Shown here piece after piece: positions 39,036 through 53,079 of a DNA stretch of 64,000 nt. Both the position numbers and the translations under genes were made by a program. Each line of letters begins with the position of its first letter. Positions within the stretch are counted from its first letter, which is position 1. The notes beneath the pieces are model-generated. The model was not told the DNA's origin, ran no database searches, and saw only the letters and a program-made list of their open reading frames with translations. Origin of the DNA: Hormiphora californensis (lineage: Eukaryota; Animalia; Ctenophora); the NCBI GenBank assembly GCA_020137815.1, contig CM035361.1, positions 6,200,001 through 6,264,000 of the forward strand, written 5' to 3'.

Positions 39036-39312
39036 GGGTCACCACACACCAAAGTTAAAATTAAAATTAAAATTTTAATTTTAACGCCGCACACACCAGC
39101 GGCCGTTAAAATTTCTCTCCCCATTCTAAAAGTAACAATCTCACGCACAATTTTGACGGTCGCGTTGGATGATAAAATTTTAACACGCCGTTAAAATCGC
39201 GCGCGAGATTGTTACTTTTAGAATGGGGGAGAGAAATTTTAACGGCCGCTGGTGTGTGCGGCGTTAAAATTAAAATTTTAATTTTAATTTTAACTTTGGT
39301 GTGTGGTGACCC
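39036..39312. mobile_element. PIF/Harbinger-like palindromic MITE (mirror copy at about 44426-44700)
   Basis: GGGTCACCACACACCAAAGTTAAAATT... with an inverse arm of over 100 bp, GGG...CCC ends, 3-bp duplication CTA. Confidence 0.8.
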
Positions 39313-40215
39313 CTAAGCTGAACAAGACAATATATAACAACGATCGATAATTCATGGGAAAGAGTTTTTTCTTGAAAAAGACGTGTTGATTGGTTTTCTG
39401 AGATTTACACCCACGCTCCAATGCAGCTGTGTCCAGTAATTGACAATATACATTCGAAAGAGTGATATTGGAAAGACAATTTATTTATTGTAACAGAGAG
39501 ACAGTTATTGTTTGTGTATTTGTTTGAAATGAAGGTGCGACTTTGCAGAGCTGAGCTACAGTTGAAAATTAGGTTGTTGCTTGATCTTTTATTCTTTTTG
39601 GAGGTGATTTTAATTACTGAATTCCCCCTGAGAGACATAGAATATACATAATAGGACAAATGCCAGCTTCTGTCGAGGTCGAGTTTCGTTTATTTGATTG
39701 TTTATACAACTGCATTTCCACAATTTATGTTTTAAAACAGCGTTTTTAAATTTAATTTTACCGTCCAAGGCATTACGGCTCAGAGCATTGGCCTAACAGG
39801 CTCACTCTCAAGCTCCCTTGTAAGGCCTTGGCATGTCCCCAGTCTGTGATCGGCAATTGCATACGACATGACAGACTGGCGAGTGCATAACAAAACTTTA
39901 GCTTTTGCTGCAAAAGCTCCCCCGTTGATTAGTTATTACTTTTACTAAAAGTTTTAGTACGCCATGCTAGCAGTAATTATACTTATAAATGACTATCTTC
40001 TGTTTAGTTTGAGTGCTCAGGCCTCAAAATAAAAAATAGATAAAAATATAGGGTCGATACAATTCCGCGCGAATTAATTTAAAAAGCTATGCATTTGTGA
40101 GCCGCGCAACATCTTTTTATTTTTCGTTGCGCGCGCGAAGGACCGATTTTTCAGAGCTGAGCTGAGTTAATTTTTTTACGGGCGCGATTAATCTGGGTGC
40201 CTTGCAGCCTGTTTA

Positions 40216-40366
40216 AAGTCCATTTTTTTCAACTGTTCACCCCCCAAAGTCGTGCGCGGAATTGTTTTGCGCGTTTATCACATGTTAACGTGTAGCGCGC
40301 GCAGCGTAAATTAAAATATCGCACGCGCACGAGTTGAGGGGTGAACAGTTGAATAAAAATGGACTT
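40216..40366. mobile_element. MITE with TA target duplication
   Basis: AAGTCCATTTTTTTCAACTGTTCACCCC ... GGGGTGAACAGTTGAATAAAAATGGACTT flanked by TA. Confidence 0.75.
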
Positions 40367-40853
40367 TACAGGTGCGCGCTACCAAAGGAGTACACTTAGA
40401 CCGACTTTTTTCAAACGGCTATAGCCACGCAACCACATGGCCAATTTGAGTAAACTAAACGGTATCTGTTAGAGAATCGATAGCCCTAACCGATAACCCC
40501 AAACCAAACCCTAACCAGACCCTAACGGATAGCCCTAACCCGTCGCGCGCGCCAAAACTACGAATTGTAAGCAATGGAAGGCACCCAGATTTTAACGTTT
40601 TCCTTTTTTTACAACTGCGGCCAAAATTTCTTTTTTGCGTTCATGAATGCGTGAATCTTTGTGCTTTCAGTTTATTTCAACCTTAGTTGTGTAATTCGGA
40701 GTAACAATCAACTGGATTTCTAGGTTATCCTATTGTAACTATATTTTCTGACCTACTACAAGTTAAAACGAAGAAGGGAGCTAACGGCAACGGCAACCGT
40801 ACATCAGTTGGCATCCAACATCTCGTAATCATTTCTTCTTTTCTCTCACAGCG

Positions 40854-40963
40854 ATGTTACCGTTACTCCTCCCGGCATTGCTTCTCCCATTCGCACAGTC
40901 AGACGAGTACAGAACGTGTTATCACATCAAAAAGGATTACGAGGGGAATGCTATTGAATATAG
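40854..40963 (+). CDS. First coding exon of a secreted protein, likely the start of a PAN/apple domain (rest missing at the fold-back)
   Basis: ttctctcacag|cgATG; MLPLLLPALLLPFAQS-DEYRTCYHIKKDYEGNAIEY (signal peptide, then C-x5-DY-x-G-x-x-I); donor AG|gtatga. The mirror copy at about 42790-42897 has 1-nt deletions. Confidence 0.6.
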
Positions 40964-43900
40964 GTATGAAATCATGATATGTGCTTGATCAGATCTTTAA
41001 TCGATTGTATTGATGGAGAAATGAAATTTTCTTGTCCCGCTCAAGACAAAATCAGCAGCTTTGTCAAAACAGTTCTTTAGAGCATTTAATTCCAAATCTC
41101 TAACTCCTTCCCCAATCGATGCTTCCTCATACCTCAGTTGTAGTGCTACGGAGGTTTGTTGCTCGACTGTAGAACAGCCTGGTAATTGCTGCCAACCACC
41201 TGAGGACACTACTATCAAGTAAGAAGAATTTTAATGTTTTGATGATTCGAATGGAATTGGATCAAAGTAATTAAATGTGATCCCGCAATCCCTCAATCTC
41301 TTTTACTTGAAGTTAAATGATACCTCCATTCACTTAAAAATAGGGTCCCACTATTTTTTGAGTCACTGACACCGTGCACAAATACATTTTCACATTTCTC
41401 CCCATCCAAGATCAGAAGACTGCGACGCTTCTGAGTGTGGGGTTCTAGTGCCCCTCTTCAATGTTAGAGTAAGGTAAACCTTTGGTATTTTGTGTGTTTG
41501 GGTTTGAAGAGTGTGGGTTTGATGGTCGCACCGGTCTGGGTTTTTGTATGTGGGCATTGGGCATTGAACTGTGTGTGCACTGTGCATTGCACAGTGTGCA
41601 ATGTGCATTCTCAACCGACCTTTTGGTCAAATGAAGCCCTTTTAAGAAAGTTGATTTCCCATTTAGCTTTCTATGGTTTGGGCAATTCATCACCGTAGAT
41701 AGATTAAAATAGGAGTTTTCAGCTTGTTTGGCATTACATATTTCGCTGAAGCATGTGTGAGTGTCATTTCACGTTCATTTTTCACACCTGTCTCTTTCAT
41801 TTATTATTGGTTCAAGTTTTCACAGGTCTTCACTCTGTCCCTCTGTATGTTCCTCTCTATCTCTCTCTCTCTATATATATATATTATAGAGAGAGAGAGA
41901 TAGAGAGGAACATACAGAGGGACAGAGTGAAGACCTGTGAAAACTTGAACCAATAATAAATGAAAGAGACAGGTGTGAAAAATGAACGTGAAATGAACAC
42001 TCACACATGCTTCAGCGAAATATGTAATGCCAAACAAGCTGAAAACTCCTATTTTAATCTACGGTGATGAATTGCCCAAACCATAGAAAGCTAAATGGGA
42101 AATCAACTTTCTTAAAAGGGCTTCATTTGACCAAAAGGTCGGTTGAGAATGCACATTGCACACTGTGCAATGCACAGTGCACACACAGTTCAATGCCCAA
42201 TGCCCACATACAAAAACCCAGACCGGTGCGACCATCAAACCCCCACTCTTCAAAACCAAACACACAAAATACCAAAGGTTTACCTTACTCTAACATGAAG
42301 AGGGCACTAGAACCCCACACTCAGAAGCGTCGCAGTCTTCTGATCTGGATGGGGAGAAATGTGAAAATGTATTTGTGCACGGTGTCAGTGACTCAAAAAA
42401 TAGTGGGACCCTATTTTTAAGTGAATGGAGGATCATTTAACTTCAAGTAAAAGAGATTGAGGGATTGCGGGATCACAATTAATTACTTTGATCCAATTCC
42501 ATTCGAATCATCAAAACATTAAAATTCTTCTTACTTGATAGTAGTGTCCTCAGGTGGTTGGCAGCAATTACCAGGCTGTTCTACAGTCGAGCAACAAACC
42601 TCCGTAGACCTACAACTGAGGTATGAGGAAGCATCGATTGGGGAAGGAGTTAGAGATTTGGAATTAAATGCTCTAAAGAACTGTTTTGACAAAGCTGCTG
42701 ATTTTGTCTTGAGCGGGACAAGAAAATTTCATTTCTCCATCAATACAATCGATTAAAGATCTGATCAAGCACATATCATGATTTCATACCTATATTCAAT
42801 AGCATTCCCCTCGTAATCCTTTTGATGTGATAACACGTTCTGTACTCGTCGACTGTGCGAATGGGAGAAGCAATGCCGGGAGGAGTAACGGTAACATCGC
42901 TGTGAGAGAAAAGAAGAAATATATACGAGATGTTGGATGCCAACTGATGTACGGTTGCCGTTGCCGTTAGCTCCTCTTCGTTTTAACTTGTAGTAGGTCA
43001 GAAAATATAGTTACAATAGGATAACCTAGAAATCCAGTTGATTGTTACTCCGAATTACACAACTAAGGTTGAAATAAACTGAAAGCACAAAGATTCACGC
43101 ATTCATGAACGCAAAAAAGAAATTTTGGCCGCAGTTGTAAAAAAAGGAAACGTTAAAATCTGGGTGCCTTCCATTGCTTACAATTCGTAGTTTTGGCGCG
43201 CGCGACGGGTTAGGGCTATCCGTTAGGGTCTGGTTAGGGTTTGGTTTGGGGGATCGGTTAGGGCTATCCATTCTCTATCAGATACCGTTTAGTTTACTCA
43301 AAATGGCCATGTGTTTGCATGGCTATAGCCGTTTGAAAAAAGTCGGTCTAAGTGTACTCCTTTGGTAGCGCGCAACTGTAAAGTCCATTTTTATTCAACT
43401 GTTCACCCCTCAACTCGTGCGCGTGCGATATTTTAATTTACGCTGGCCGCGCTACACGTTAACATGTGATAAACGCGCAAAACAATTCCGCGCACGACTT
43501 TGGGGGGTGAACAGTTGAAAAAAATGGACTTTAAACAGGCTGCAAGGCCCCAGATTAATCGCGCCCGTAAAAAAAATAACTCAGCTCAGCTCTGAAAAAT
43601 CGGTCCTTCGCGCGCGCAACGAAAAATAAAAAGATGTTGGCGGCTCACAAATGCATAGCTTTTTAAATTAATTCGCGCGGAATTGTATCGACCCTATATT
43701 TTTATCTATTTTTTATTTTGAGGCCTGAGCACTCAAACTAAACAGAAGATAGTCATTTATAAGTATAATTACTGCTAGCATGGCGTACTAAAACTTAGTA
43801 AAAGTAATAACTAATCAACGGGGGAGCTTTTGCAGCAAAAGCTAAAGTTTTGTTATGCACTCGCCAGTCTGTCATGTCGTATGCAATTGCCGATCACAGA

Positions 43901-45408
43901 CTGGGGACATGCCAAGGCCTTACAAGGGAGCTTGAGAGTGAGCCGTTAGGCCAATGCTCTGAGCCGTAATGCCTTGGACGGTAAAATTAAATTAAAAACG
44001 CTGTTTTAAAACATAAATTGTGGAAATGCAGTTGTATAAACAATCAAATAAACGAAACTCGACCTCGACAGAAGCTGGCATTTGTCCTATTATGTATATC
44101 TATGTCTCTCAGGGGGAATTCAGTAATTAAAATCACCTCAAAAAGAATAAAAGATCAAGCAACAACCTAATTTTCAACTGTAGCTCAGCTCTGCAAAGTC
44201 GCACCTTCATTTCAAACAAATACACAAACAATAAACTGTCTCTCTGTTACAATAAATAAATTGTCTTTCCAATATCACTCTTTCGAATGTATATTGTCAA
44301 TTACTGGACACAGCTGCATTGGAGCGTGGGTAAATCTCAGAAAACCAATCAACACGTCTTTTTCAAGAAAAAACTCTTTCCCATGAATTATCGATCGTTG
44401 TTATATATTGTCTTGTTCAGCTTAGGGGTCACACACACCAAAGTTAAAATTAAAATTAAAATTTTAATTTTAACGCCGCACACACCAGCGGCCGTTAAAA
44501 TTTCCTCCCCCATTCTAAAAGTAAAAATCTCGCGCGCGATTTTAACGGCGTGTTAAAATTTATCATCCAACGCGACCGTCAAAATTGTGCGTGAGATTGT
44601 TACTTTTAGAATGGGGAGAGAAATTTTAACGGGCGCTGGTGTGTGCGGCGTTAAAATTAAAATTTTAATTTTAATTTTAACTTTGGTGTGTGGGTGACCC
44701 TAGTTCCGGACCCCAAACAGTGTTCTAATCCACACAAATGCAGCAGCAGCAGCATCTCTGGAATTTATATCTGATGGATCCACGTGGATCTCCTAATTGT
44801 GGATCTCCTAATTGTGGATCTCCTATAATTGTGGATTCCTAATTGTCTTGACACACTTGAGTATTATTATTGGGACATATCATCACATCGTCACGTTAGA
44901 AGAAGGGAAGAAGAAGAAGAAGGAATATCGTCGATGTCTCTCTGCTTCCAGCTGAATTCTGAAAGATAAAGAGAAATTGGTTAGAACTTTTACAGTTTTT
45001 ACTTTTACAGAACATAAACATCTCTGACTGATCAACTGATTTGACGTGACAAGGGCGATTGGATTGAGTGATATGATATAGATAGATGAATGGTTAAAAT
45101 GGTCTATTACTTTTTAGTGCACGAGGCCGAAGGCGAGTGCTCTAAATACAACAATAATGAACCGAGACCGACAGGTCGAGGTAGATCCTTTTACTTAGCT
45201 GCCGAGCCTGCGAGGCACGCTAAGTGTAACTACTGAGCGAGCCTGCGAGCTCTGTAGTTGTACTTTTGGGCCGAGCCTGCGAGGCCTAAAAGTGAAAGAA
45301 TCTTTAACCTTATTGTTGTGTAATAGAGCATGTAAAAGCAGTCATCTAATTTATTAGATAATTTTGGAAACAAACTGAGTGAACGAGATAAAGATTGAGC
45401 GAGTGAGT

Positions 45409-45447
<39 letters not shown>

Positions 45448-47595
45448 TAAAGAGAGAGAAAGAGAGAAGAAGAGAGAAAAGAGAGAGAGAGAAGAGAGTG
45501 AGGAGAGAAGAGAAAGAGAAAAGAGAAAGAGAATGTGTGTGAGAGAGAGATAGGGAAAGAAGAATCGAAGGCAGAGAGGGAAAGCAGATGCAGGACGCTT
45601 ATTGGGGTGGTGACGATCCAGTGACGATCACGTGACCTATAGTTGCAGAGGGGAAGAAAAGATAAGGGTTAGGGCGTGTGTGACGATCAGTGACCTAGAA
45701 GAGTTGCAACATGTCGCAGAGGGAAAGAAAAGATAAGCGTGTGTGTTGCGTGTGCAGTAGTTAGGGCGTGTGTACTGTGTAGTGACGTAATGTTCACACT
45801 GTGTGCGTTGACTAGAAAGTGTTTAATTTTTCACATACCACTGCAGCGGTATTTTACTTTATAATTACTAGTGTTTTTGCAGTGGTCTAAAATTTCACAG
45901 TACACTTTAACCACCGGAAACGGTGTACTGTGAAAACTTATAAACCGGTTAAAATTGTCTAATATAGATTACAGAGCTATTTGGGTGTATCTCCAACTAT
46001 TACTACTCACCCCTAAAGATTGCACAATCCCGCTTTGATTTGCATTTCTCTCCACCTCATTTCCTCCATTACTATCTTTACCCGTCACTTGTCCGTGATG
46101 ACCCCTCCACTGGGGAGATGTTGTACTTTTAAAGGGGAAGGACTCCGTGGGTCCAACTGTGAAACTCTCGACTGAAATAGAGATGGGGTTTAGATATAGT
46201 TGTACCATTTTGGGTAGGGGTTGTGGTGCGTACGAGAGGCTGATAGTATAGGATCGCTGATCCTGGATCAGTGACAATTACTGGAGAATGGTAACCATGG
46301 TAACCATGGTAACAATTAGTAACAATTAGTAACATACCTAACGTCTTGTAGGGTGTATCAAAAGTGACAGTAAATGATATCCAAACTGAATTCCGGGGAG
46401 GTAGAGGGGTGTGCACTGGGTAGAATTGTAGAAAGCGCTACTTTTATATCGTAGGTCTCCTGGGTTTGTTTGTTGGAATATCCTCGTTCTTTCCTGGTAG
46501 AGAATGTGGTTAGATATGCGAGGAAATGGGATCTAGGAAATGGGAGCTAGTCTGTTAAAACCTTCCAAAACCCCAGTAAATCCCAGGTGAAATAATGAAA
46601 TGAGTAACCATGGTAACCACCTTAACCCACACCCTATAATGGTAACCATGGTAACCATGGTAACTCTTACCAGAGAATTGACGTTGGTTGAAACTTTCCA
46701 TTGTAACAGCAATCGACAGCTGAGGTTAGGGGTCCTTTGACACATGACCCGGAACAAGACACATCTGAGTAGAGAACGGAAGATGTTACTGAGATACAAA
46801 ACAAACTAAAAAAATGGTTTTGTTATTTCGGCATAGCTCCTTTCCCAGAGTCCCCCTCCCTATTCCCCTAATAGGGAAATCATATGTCTCTCAATGAACC
46901 CCATTCTCTCCTTGTGTGAGTAGGGACAGAACACTGCTCCGAATATGATATCCAAAATGGCCGATAATTTTCATAATTTCTACCGATTAAAACCTACAGA
47001 TAAGAGCCCAGGCTAGCCCTCACACTCTAACACAAATGCATGTTCAATTCCTTCAACTGAATTCACGGCACCCTTCCCTATCTGTCTCTACGAATATTCC
47101 TCCCCCACAATTTCATTAAATGATAATAAACAGCCAGTACGTTTTGACAATCTGAAGTGGTCCTATTTTTGGTCCCCTTCCACGCCCTGTCTCTCTAGAG
47201 TTTTGAACACCCCGCCTCATCCCACCCATACCCCACATCCCCACCCATACCCCACTACCCCGCCCCTCAACGGCTCAACAACACCGGCCTACCCCATCCC
47301 ACCCCCCACTGCCTCTCTAGAACCGCCCACCCCTACCAGTTACCACTCAAGACCACCCCTACCACTGCATCGCCCCACCCCATCCATCTCCACCCCATCT
47401 CCACACCCATACCCGGTCACTACCCCTCCCCTCAACGGCTCAACAACACTCCCACCAACCCCATCCCACAACCCCTCCACTCACCAGGTACATCAACAGT
47501 AGCAGTCCCCACCTGCCCCTCCCACTCACCAGGTACATCAACAGTAGCAGTCCCCACCCTGCCCCTCCCACTCCCAGGGGGAGGGATACCTCAAC

Positions 47596-47695
47596 NNNNN
47601 NNNNNNNNNNNNNNNNNNNNNNNNNNNNNNNNNNNNNNNNNNNNNNNNNNNNNNNNNNNNNNNNNNNNNNNNNNNNNNNNNNNNNNNNNNNNNNN
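47596..47695. other. Assembly gap (100 N)
   Basis: Run of N, followed by low-quality homopolymer-rich purine sequence to about 48050. Confidence 1.
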
Positions 47696-48326
47696 ACAGA
47701 GACAGAGACAGAGACAGAGACAAGAGACAAAAAAAAAATGGAAAAACCAGAGACAGAGACAGAGAAAACAAAAGGCGGGAAAAAACAGAGGACAGAACAG
47801 AAGGACAGAGACGGGGGGGGGGGGGGGGGGGGGAAAAAAAAAAAAAAAAAAAAAAAAAAGACAGGGGAAAAACAAGAAGGAAAGGGCCCAAAAAAAAGGG
47901 AGCCCAAAAGGGACAGAGACCAGAGACAGGACAGAGACAGAGAAAAAAAAACGGAGGACAGGAAGAGACCAGGGGACAGAGACAGAGAAAAAACGAGGGA
48001 CGGGCGGACAGAAAAGAGACAGAGACAGAGACAGAGACAGAGACAGAGACAACTGTCTCGCGATATAGACCCCATCTGAGCGCACTGTCGCAAGCTCATT
48101 TGAGAATCAAATCGGGGTCTAGTGCCGCCAGACAGGAGTATCAGTCATCAGAGTATGTATGTACGTATGTATTGTGTACAGAGTAGGGGAGTTGTGTATG
48201 AAAAAGGAAGTCAATACGTCAGAGCTGTTATTTGCTTTTAGCCTGCTAGCCTGAACTGAGTTGAGTTTGATGTGTATACTATAATAATAACAACATATCC
48301 TAGTATAGCTGTACTTGCCCTGCAAC

Positions 48327-48608
48327 GCATTCTTTTCAAGGAGTTTGTATTTTAGCATTCTTTTCAAGGAGTTTGTATTTTAGCATTCTTTTCAAGGAGT
48401 TTGTATTTTAGCATTCTTTTCAAGGAGTTTGTATTTTAGCATTCTTTTCAAGGAGTTTGTATTTTAGCATTCTTTTCAGGAGTTTGTATTTTTAGCATTC
48501 TTTTCAAGGAGTTTGTATTTTAGCATTCTTTTCAAGGAGTTTGTATTTTAGCATTCTTTTCAAGGAGTTTGTATTTTAGCATTCTTTTCAAGGAGTTTGT
48601 ATTTTAGC
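48327..48608. repeat. 10 x 28-bp tandem repeat
   Basis: Unit gcattcttttcaaggagtttgtatttta. Confidence 0.95.
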
Positions 48609-50920
48609 CATGTCGATCCGATAGGTACTTTTTTGTTCGACACTCCTTCTTTTCCTCGATCATCGAAGGCAAAAACTATCCGAAGTATTTTCAGCAGTAT
48701 GAATTATCCAGCTTATATTTCCGTTCCTTTTGTTTTTGCTTTTTCCTTTTGTTGACTCCGTATATATCTTCCATTGTCTTCCATGAATATGACAAAAGGA
48801 AGTTGAGTCAACAAAAGAATAGTGTCAGCTGTCAGTCCCTCCATACAATGTCATTCTTCGAGTTTATATAGATCTGCTTAGAGCTTAGAAAATTAGCCGG
48901 GCTTTGTTTAGCTGTTATATTTAGAAGGAAATTCTCACATTCGTGCATCGTTCAATATAGTATAGTATACAATTATTATACGTGTTCTGTAATTGTAGTA
49001 GTGTTTTGTTAATTGTTGTAGTAGTGGGAATATATATATGGTAGCTGAGTAACATACTAACACAGTATATTATCTGACCAATATGGTTTCTAAAAGTTGC
49101 GCCTTTATATTTTATCTACCAGTTATATCTATATCCGCTTTGTGGTCTGATCCTGATCTACTATACAGAAGATTTCGGGCACGTGTCCGCGTTATAGACA
49201 CACGTGTGTTTACCTCAACGATCTAGCTCACCACTACTACTTATACTATCAGTGCTCTTTGTTTTGCGTACTGGGTTTTTGAAACCAATAGTAGAGTAGG
49301 TAGTCTTTGGGCACGTTGCGCACAGCTCTGTGTTCGAACACAGGCAAGAATAGTCCGTTCACACAGGTTTCACACGGCCGTTAACACAGGTTTTTACTTT
49401 AGTTTATAAATGATCGCAGTTGATTTTTTTTTGCTCTAGCCTCTATCAAAAGAGAGCAAAAGCGGGAGAGCGGAGAGAGGGGAGAGAGAGAGAGCGAGAG
49501 ACAGCGAGAGCGCGAGAGAGAGAGAGAGCGAGCGAGAGCTCGAGAGCTAGAGCAGAGATAGAGAGATAGAGCTCTTCCTCAGATAAGAGCGAGTAGAGGA
49601 TCATGCTCGCTTCTATGAGATCTCTCTCTCTCTCTTCTCTCTCTTTCTCTCTCTCCTCTCCTCTCTCTCTCTAACCTCTCTCTCTCTCTCCCTCTCTCTC
49701 CCTCTCTCTCCCTCTCCCTCCCTCTCACACTCTCTGCCCACACCACACTACTAAACATGACGAATGACTTTGAAAATGTGGCACCAGCTGGTTCCATACC
49801 TCTCACGAGGCAGAACTATAAACGACTTCCTTTGTTTTCCGACTCGCGAGGCATCTGTTTTCTGTATACACAATAGAGAACTGAAAAGAGTTATAAACAA
49901 CAGACTTGATAATGTAAAACATTACTATGCAGATGCACTATAAACATGTGTAAAAAACAAATAGTGACTGGACTACGTCGGGACGTGATATAAAGGATTG
50001 ATTTCAGACGCACTAAAAACGTAATAGTCACAAAGCAAAGCGTCTGAAAGTTGAATGTTTGAAAGCGCTATTCCGTCTAAACACTGCTTTGAAAACCAGG
50101 AATTTATCGAAACGTAACCTTTATAAAGCTTTTTCAATTAAGTTTTTGATGCGTCTGTTACGTTTTTAGTACGTCTGTAGGGCGTCTGTAGGGCGTCTGA
50201 ACTACGGCTTGTTAGGACGTATTTTTTATGTCTCTAGTTGTCTTTAGTGTGTCTCAAGCGATGGCGTCTCAAGCGATTACATCTGGATTAAGTTTTTGTC
50301 CTGACATAGTTTTCCGCAAATACGTTTTTGCCGTAGCACTGCAGATTTGTACTGGCCAGAGTTGTTATATTTAATAGTGGCCATCAGTTGCATAATAGTG
50401 GCTAGAGTTGTGCGGGTGACCAATAACATGTTGGTGTGTGTTTGGCTAGGTTTAGATTACACTCATGAATATCTAACAAGTTCTCGATAATCGATATATC
50501 ATAGTTCTCAGTTCACTCAACGTGATCTATAAACTAGCATGCCTCCCCTTTTGTTCCACATGCTATAACTACAACAGTTGTCATAATTATTATATCTTTT
50601 AAGAGAGAACATGATGATGAATAAGATGAACTAGGAGCTATATATAACTCCTGTATAATAGTAAACGAAATGAACCAAGACGCCCGCGTGCATCTATAAT
50701 TTATTCATTTGGTGCAGCTGTGAGGAGCTCTCAGCTCTAGCTCACTCCCCAGTCACCGGCCAATAAATATATTCATAACCCACTTCTTTTCCACTTCTTT
50801 TATTTTCAGAGAGGGAGGGGGTGGGGTTCAGCTGATCCAGGAAAACTTTGTGTGTAGAAAAGCAGTTGTTGCGAGCTTATAGTCTGTTGGGCGAGAGAGT
50901 TAACGGGAAAGGAAGGGAGG

Positions 50921-50986
<66 letters not shown>

Positions 50987-51189
50987 GAGAGAGAGAGATA
51001 GAAGGATAGCTAGGGAGAGGAAGAGAGAGAGACGAAGGATAGCTAGGGAGAGGGAGAAAGATAGAGGGAGAGCTAATGGATTCAACACGGGGAAATCGAG
51101 AAAAGCGTTGGAGAGACCAACTAGGCGCTAGCTTCAGCTTGGGCAAAGACAGTTATATAAAGAACGGGAGAGAGCAAGCATTTAGAAAG

Positions 51190-51242
<53 letters not shown>

Positions 51243-51532
51243 CTATCCCTCTCCTTACTTGATATAACAATCTTTCCAGGGGAGGGAGCTTTGGGGAGGG
51301 AGAGCTGGATAGAACAGGGAGAGAGCGTTTGGAGGGAGAGAGAGGTAGAGAGAGGGAGAGAGAGGGAGGGAGAGGGAGAGAGAGAGGGAGAGAGAGGGAG
51401 AGAGAGGGAGAGAGAGGGAGAGGGAGGGATCACGGAGAGAGAGAGGGAGAGAGAGAGGGAGAGGGAGAGAGAGAGAGAGAGAGAGAGAGGGATGGAGAGG
51501 GAGAGAGAGGGAGAGAGAGGGAGGGAGAGAGG

Positions 51533-51565
<33 letters not shown>

Positions 51566-51639
51566 GGAGAGGGAGAGCTGACTTGTTAGAATAGGAGAGA
51601 TAGGAGAGGTGCGGAGAGAGGTGTGCTAAAGCACAGCTC

Positions 51640-52010
51640 AGACTAATGGGCGGGGAGGACCTTGTGGAAGAGGCGCCCCCATTACGCCTCTTCCACAAGG
51701 TCCTCCTCCACCCATTATATCACGTGATGAACACATCTCTATTTTGGATTAGCCAATGGGAGAGCTGTATTCCCTCGTTCTTCAAGCTCATTGGCCAGAC
51801 GCTTATCACTAGCCTGCACAGACAGCTCTCTCTCTCGTTCTTAACTCACCCAGCAAGCTGCCTTCGCTCAGTTCTTCAAGTCCTTCCCTACCTTTCCCTT
51901 TAACTAAGTTGCTATGGCAACGCTAAGTAACTTAGTTTTCCACGTGCCGAATTCTAACTCTATTATTTTTTGTTACTTTTTTTATAAGTTATTAAAACAA
52001 AGCCCACGTG
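51640..52010 (+). promoter_or_regulatory. Candidate promoter of the adhesion GPCR
   Basis: Cluster of a GC box (gggcgggg, about 51648), CCAAT/ATTGG boxes (about 51753, 51790), CACGTG E-boxes (51721 and about 51941, 52005) and X-box-like GTTGCTATGGCAAC (51908-51921). Motif evidence only. Confidence 0.4.
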
Positions 52011-52508
52011 TTGATTTATCGTCACATCCGCCCGCGACGTGTTTGATCTATAACATAATTTAGCATTAGATCATACTTCAACGATTCAGAATATTTGACA
52101 TTATTTCAGCTTATATATTATTGAATAGCTCTTTTATCTGTATATTTTCTTTATATATTTTATTTATATATTTTATCTATGATCCCAACAAATAATCGCT
52201 TCACTTCCTGTAGTATGACCAGTGACCACACGTGAGGAGAGGGTACACTGTTCCATGAGGACATGTGGGAAGATTACTACAACTCTCGCTCTCTCTCTAA
52301 TAACAGATAAGATTCTACAACTCTCTCTCTCTCTCTCTCTCTAATAACAGATAAATCTCCACATTCCATATTTACAGGAATAACTTTGCGTTTGAATTGT
52401 TGCCATTATTGCCAATGCTCTGACCACAGTTTGAAAGAAATGATAATAGGGTCAATGCTCTGACAAGTGACAGTGCCATTATATGCTCACATGCCCCAAC
52501 TACCGCTA

Positions 52509-52614
52509 ATGACCACGGCGATCTAACGATCTCAATAACCTTCTCAAATCTTGGCTGTTTGCCAATGATTTAGAGCGTCGTGGTGGTGGCTGGGGCAGGA
52601 GTGTGGTGGGTCCG
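52509..52614 (+). CDS. Candidate signal-peptide first exon of the adhesion GPCR, disrupted in this assembly
   Basis: Reads ...LNNLLKSWLFA/MI.SVVVVAG/QECGGS with a phase-1 donor matching the 53080 exon, but only if several single-base errors are assumed. Confidence 0.3.
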
Positions 52615-53079
52615 GTATTGTATGGTTACCATGGTTACCGTGTGTGGTAACCATGACGACCATATATAGCCACCCGTGAGTGGTAATCAGTACTACAATT
52701 TCCACACAATCCTGTTTCTCTTTTTAAAACTGCTTTGGTAACGAAATTACCCCTCGCAGAGGCTTCAGATCGTGCCTGCGAGGTAAATTCGCTACCCAGG
52801 AAGCAAATCGTTTTCCGAACTCGTTAACAAATTTTCTCCATTTCTGTGTTTATCAGCCATCCCTGCAGGCTTGGTAACCACGCACACCAGGACATACAGT
52901 GTATTATATATATATATTATACACATGTCACACAATGTTTATTCACTGAACGTGTGTGTGTGTTTATTGTAGTACTGAGCTAAACCATGCCCAGTCCTGT
53001 TCGTCCGTTACAAACAAACAAACCGACAGACATGAACATCCACTTTTTCAGAGTTTTAACAATCTTTTATTGTTTTCAG

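Larger units (their letters stand above)
36170..47575. repeat. ~11.4-kb inverted duplication (two ~5.7-kb arms, axis near 41883)
   Basis: The right arm is the reverse complement of the left (mirrored ORFs 40997/42535, 37479/45969, 36955/46533). The axis is a (CT)n(AT)n(AG)n tract. The right arm has many 1-nt deletions and ends at the N gap. Confidence 0.95.

Noticed and set aside
40997-41218. ORF as a transposase remnant (mirror at 42535-42756)
   Set aside because: No recognisable catalytic motif; its duplication is explained by the fold-back.
44890-46760. Second functional lectin/Ig paralogue on the minus strand
   Set aside because: It is a partial mirror copy with frameshifting deletions, lacking the 5' exons; probably artefactual.
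47696-48085. ORFs and homopolymer-rich purine tract after the gap
   Set aside because: Looks like low-quality consensus at a contig end.
50877-51698. ERER/LSLS ORFs here and at about 1440, 15509, 28000, 30400, 33061 and 58310
   Set aside because: (GA)n microsatellite translations.
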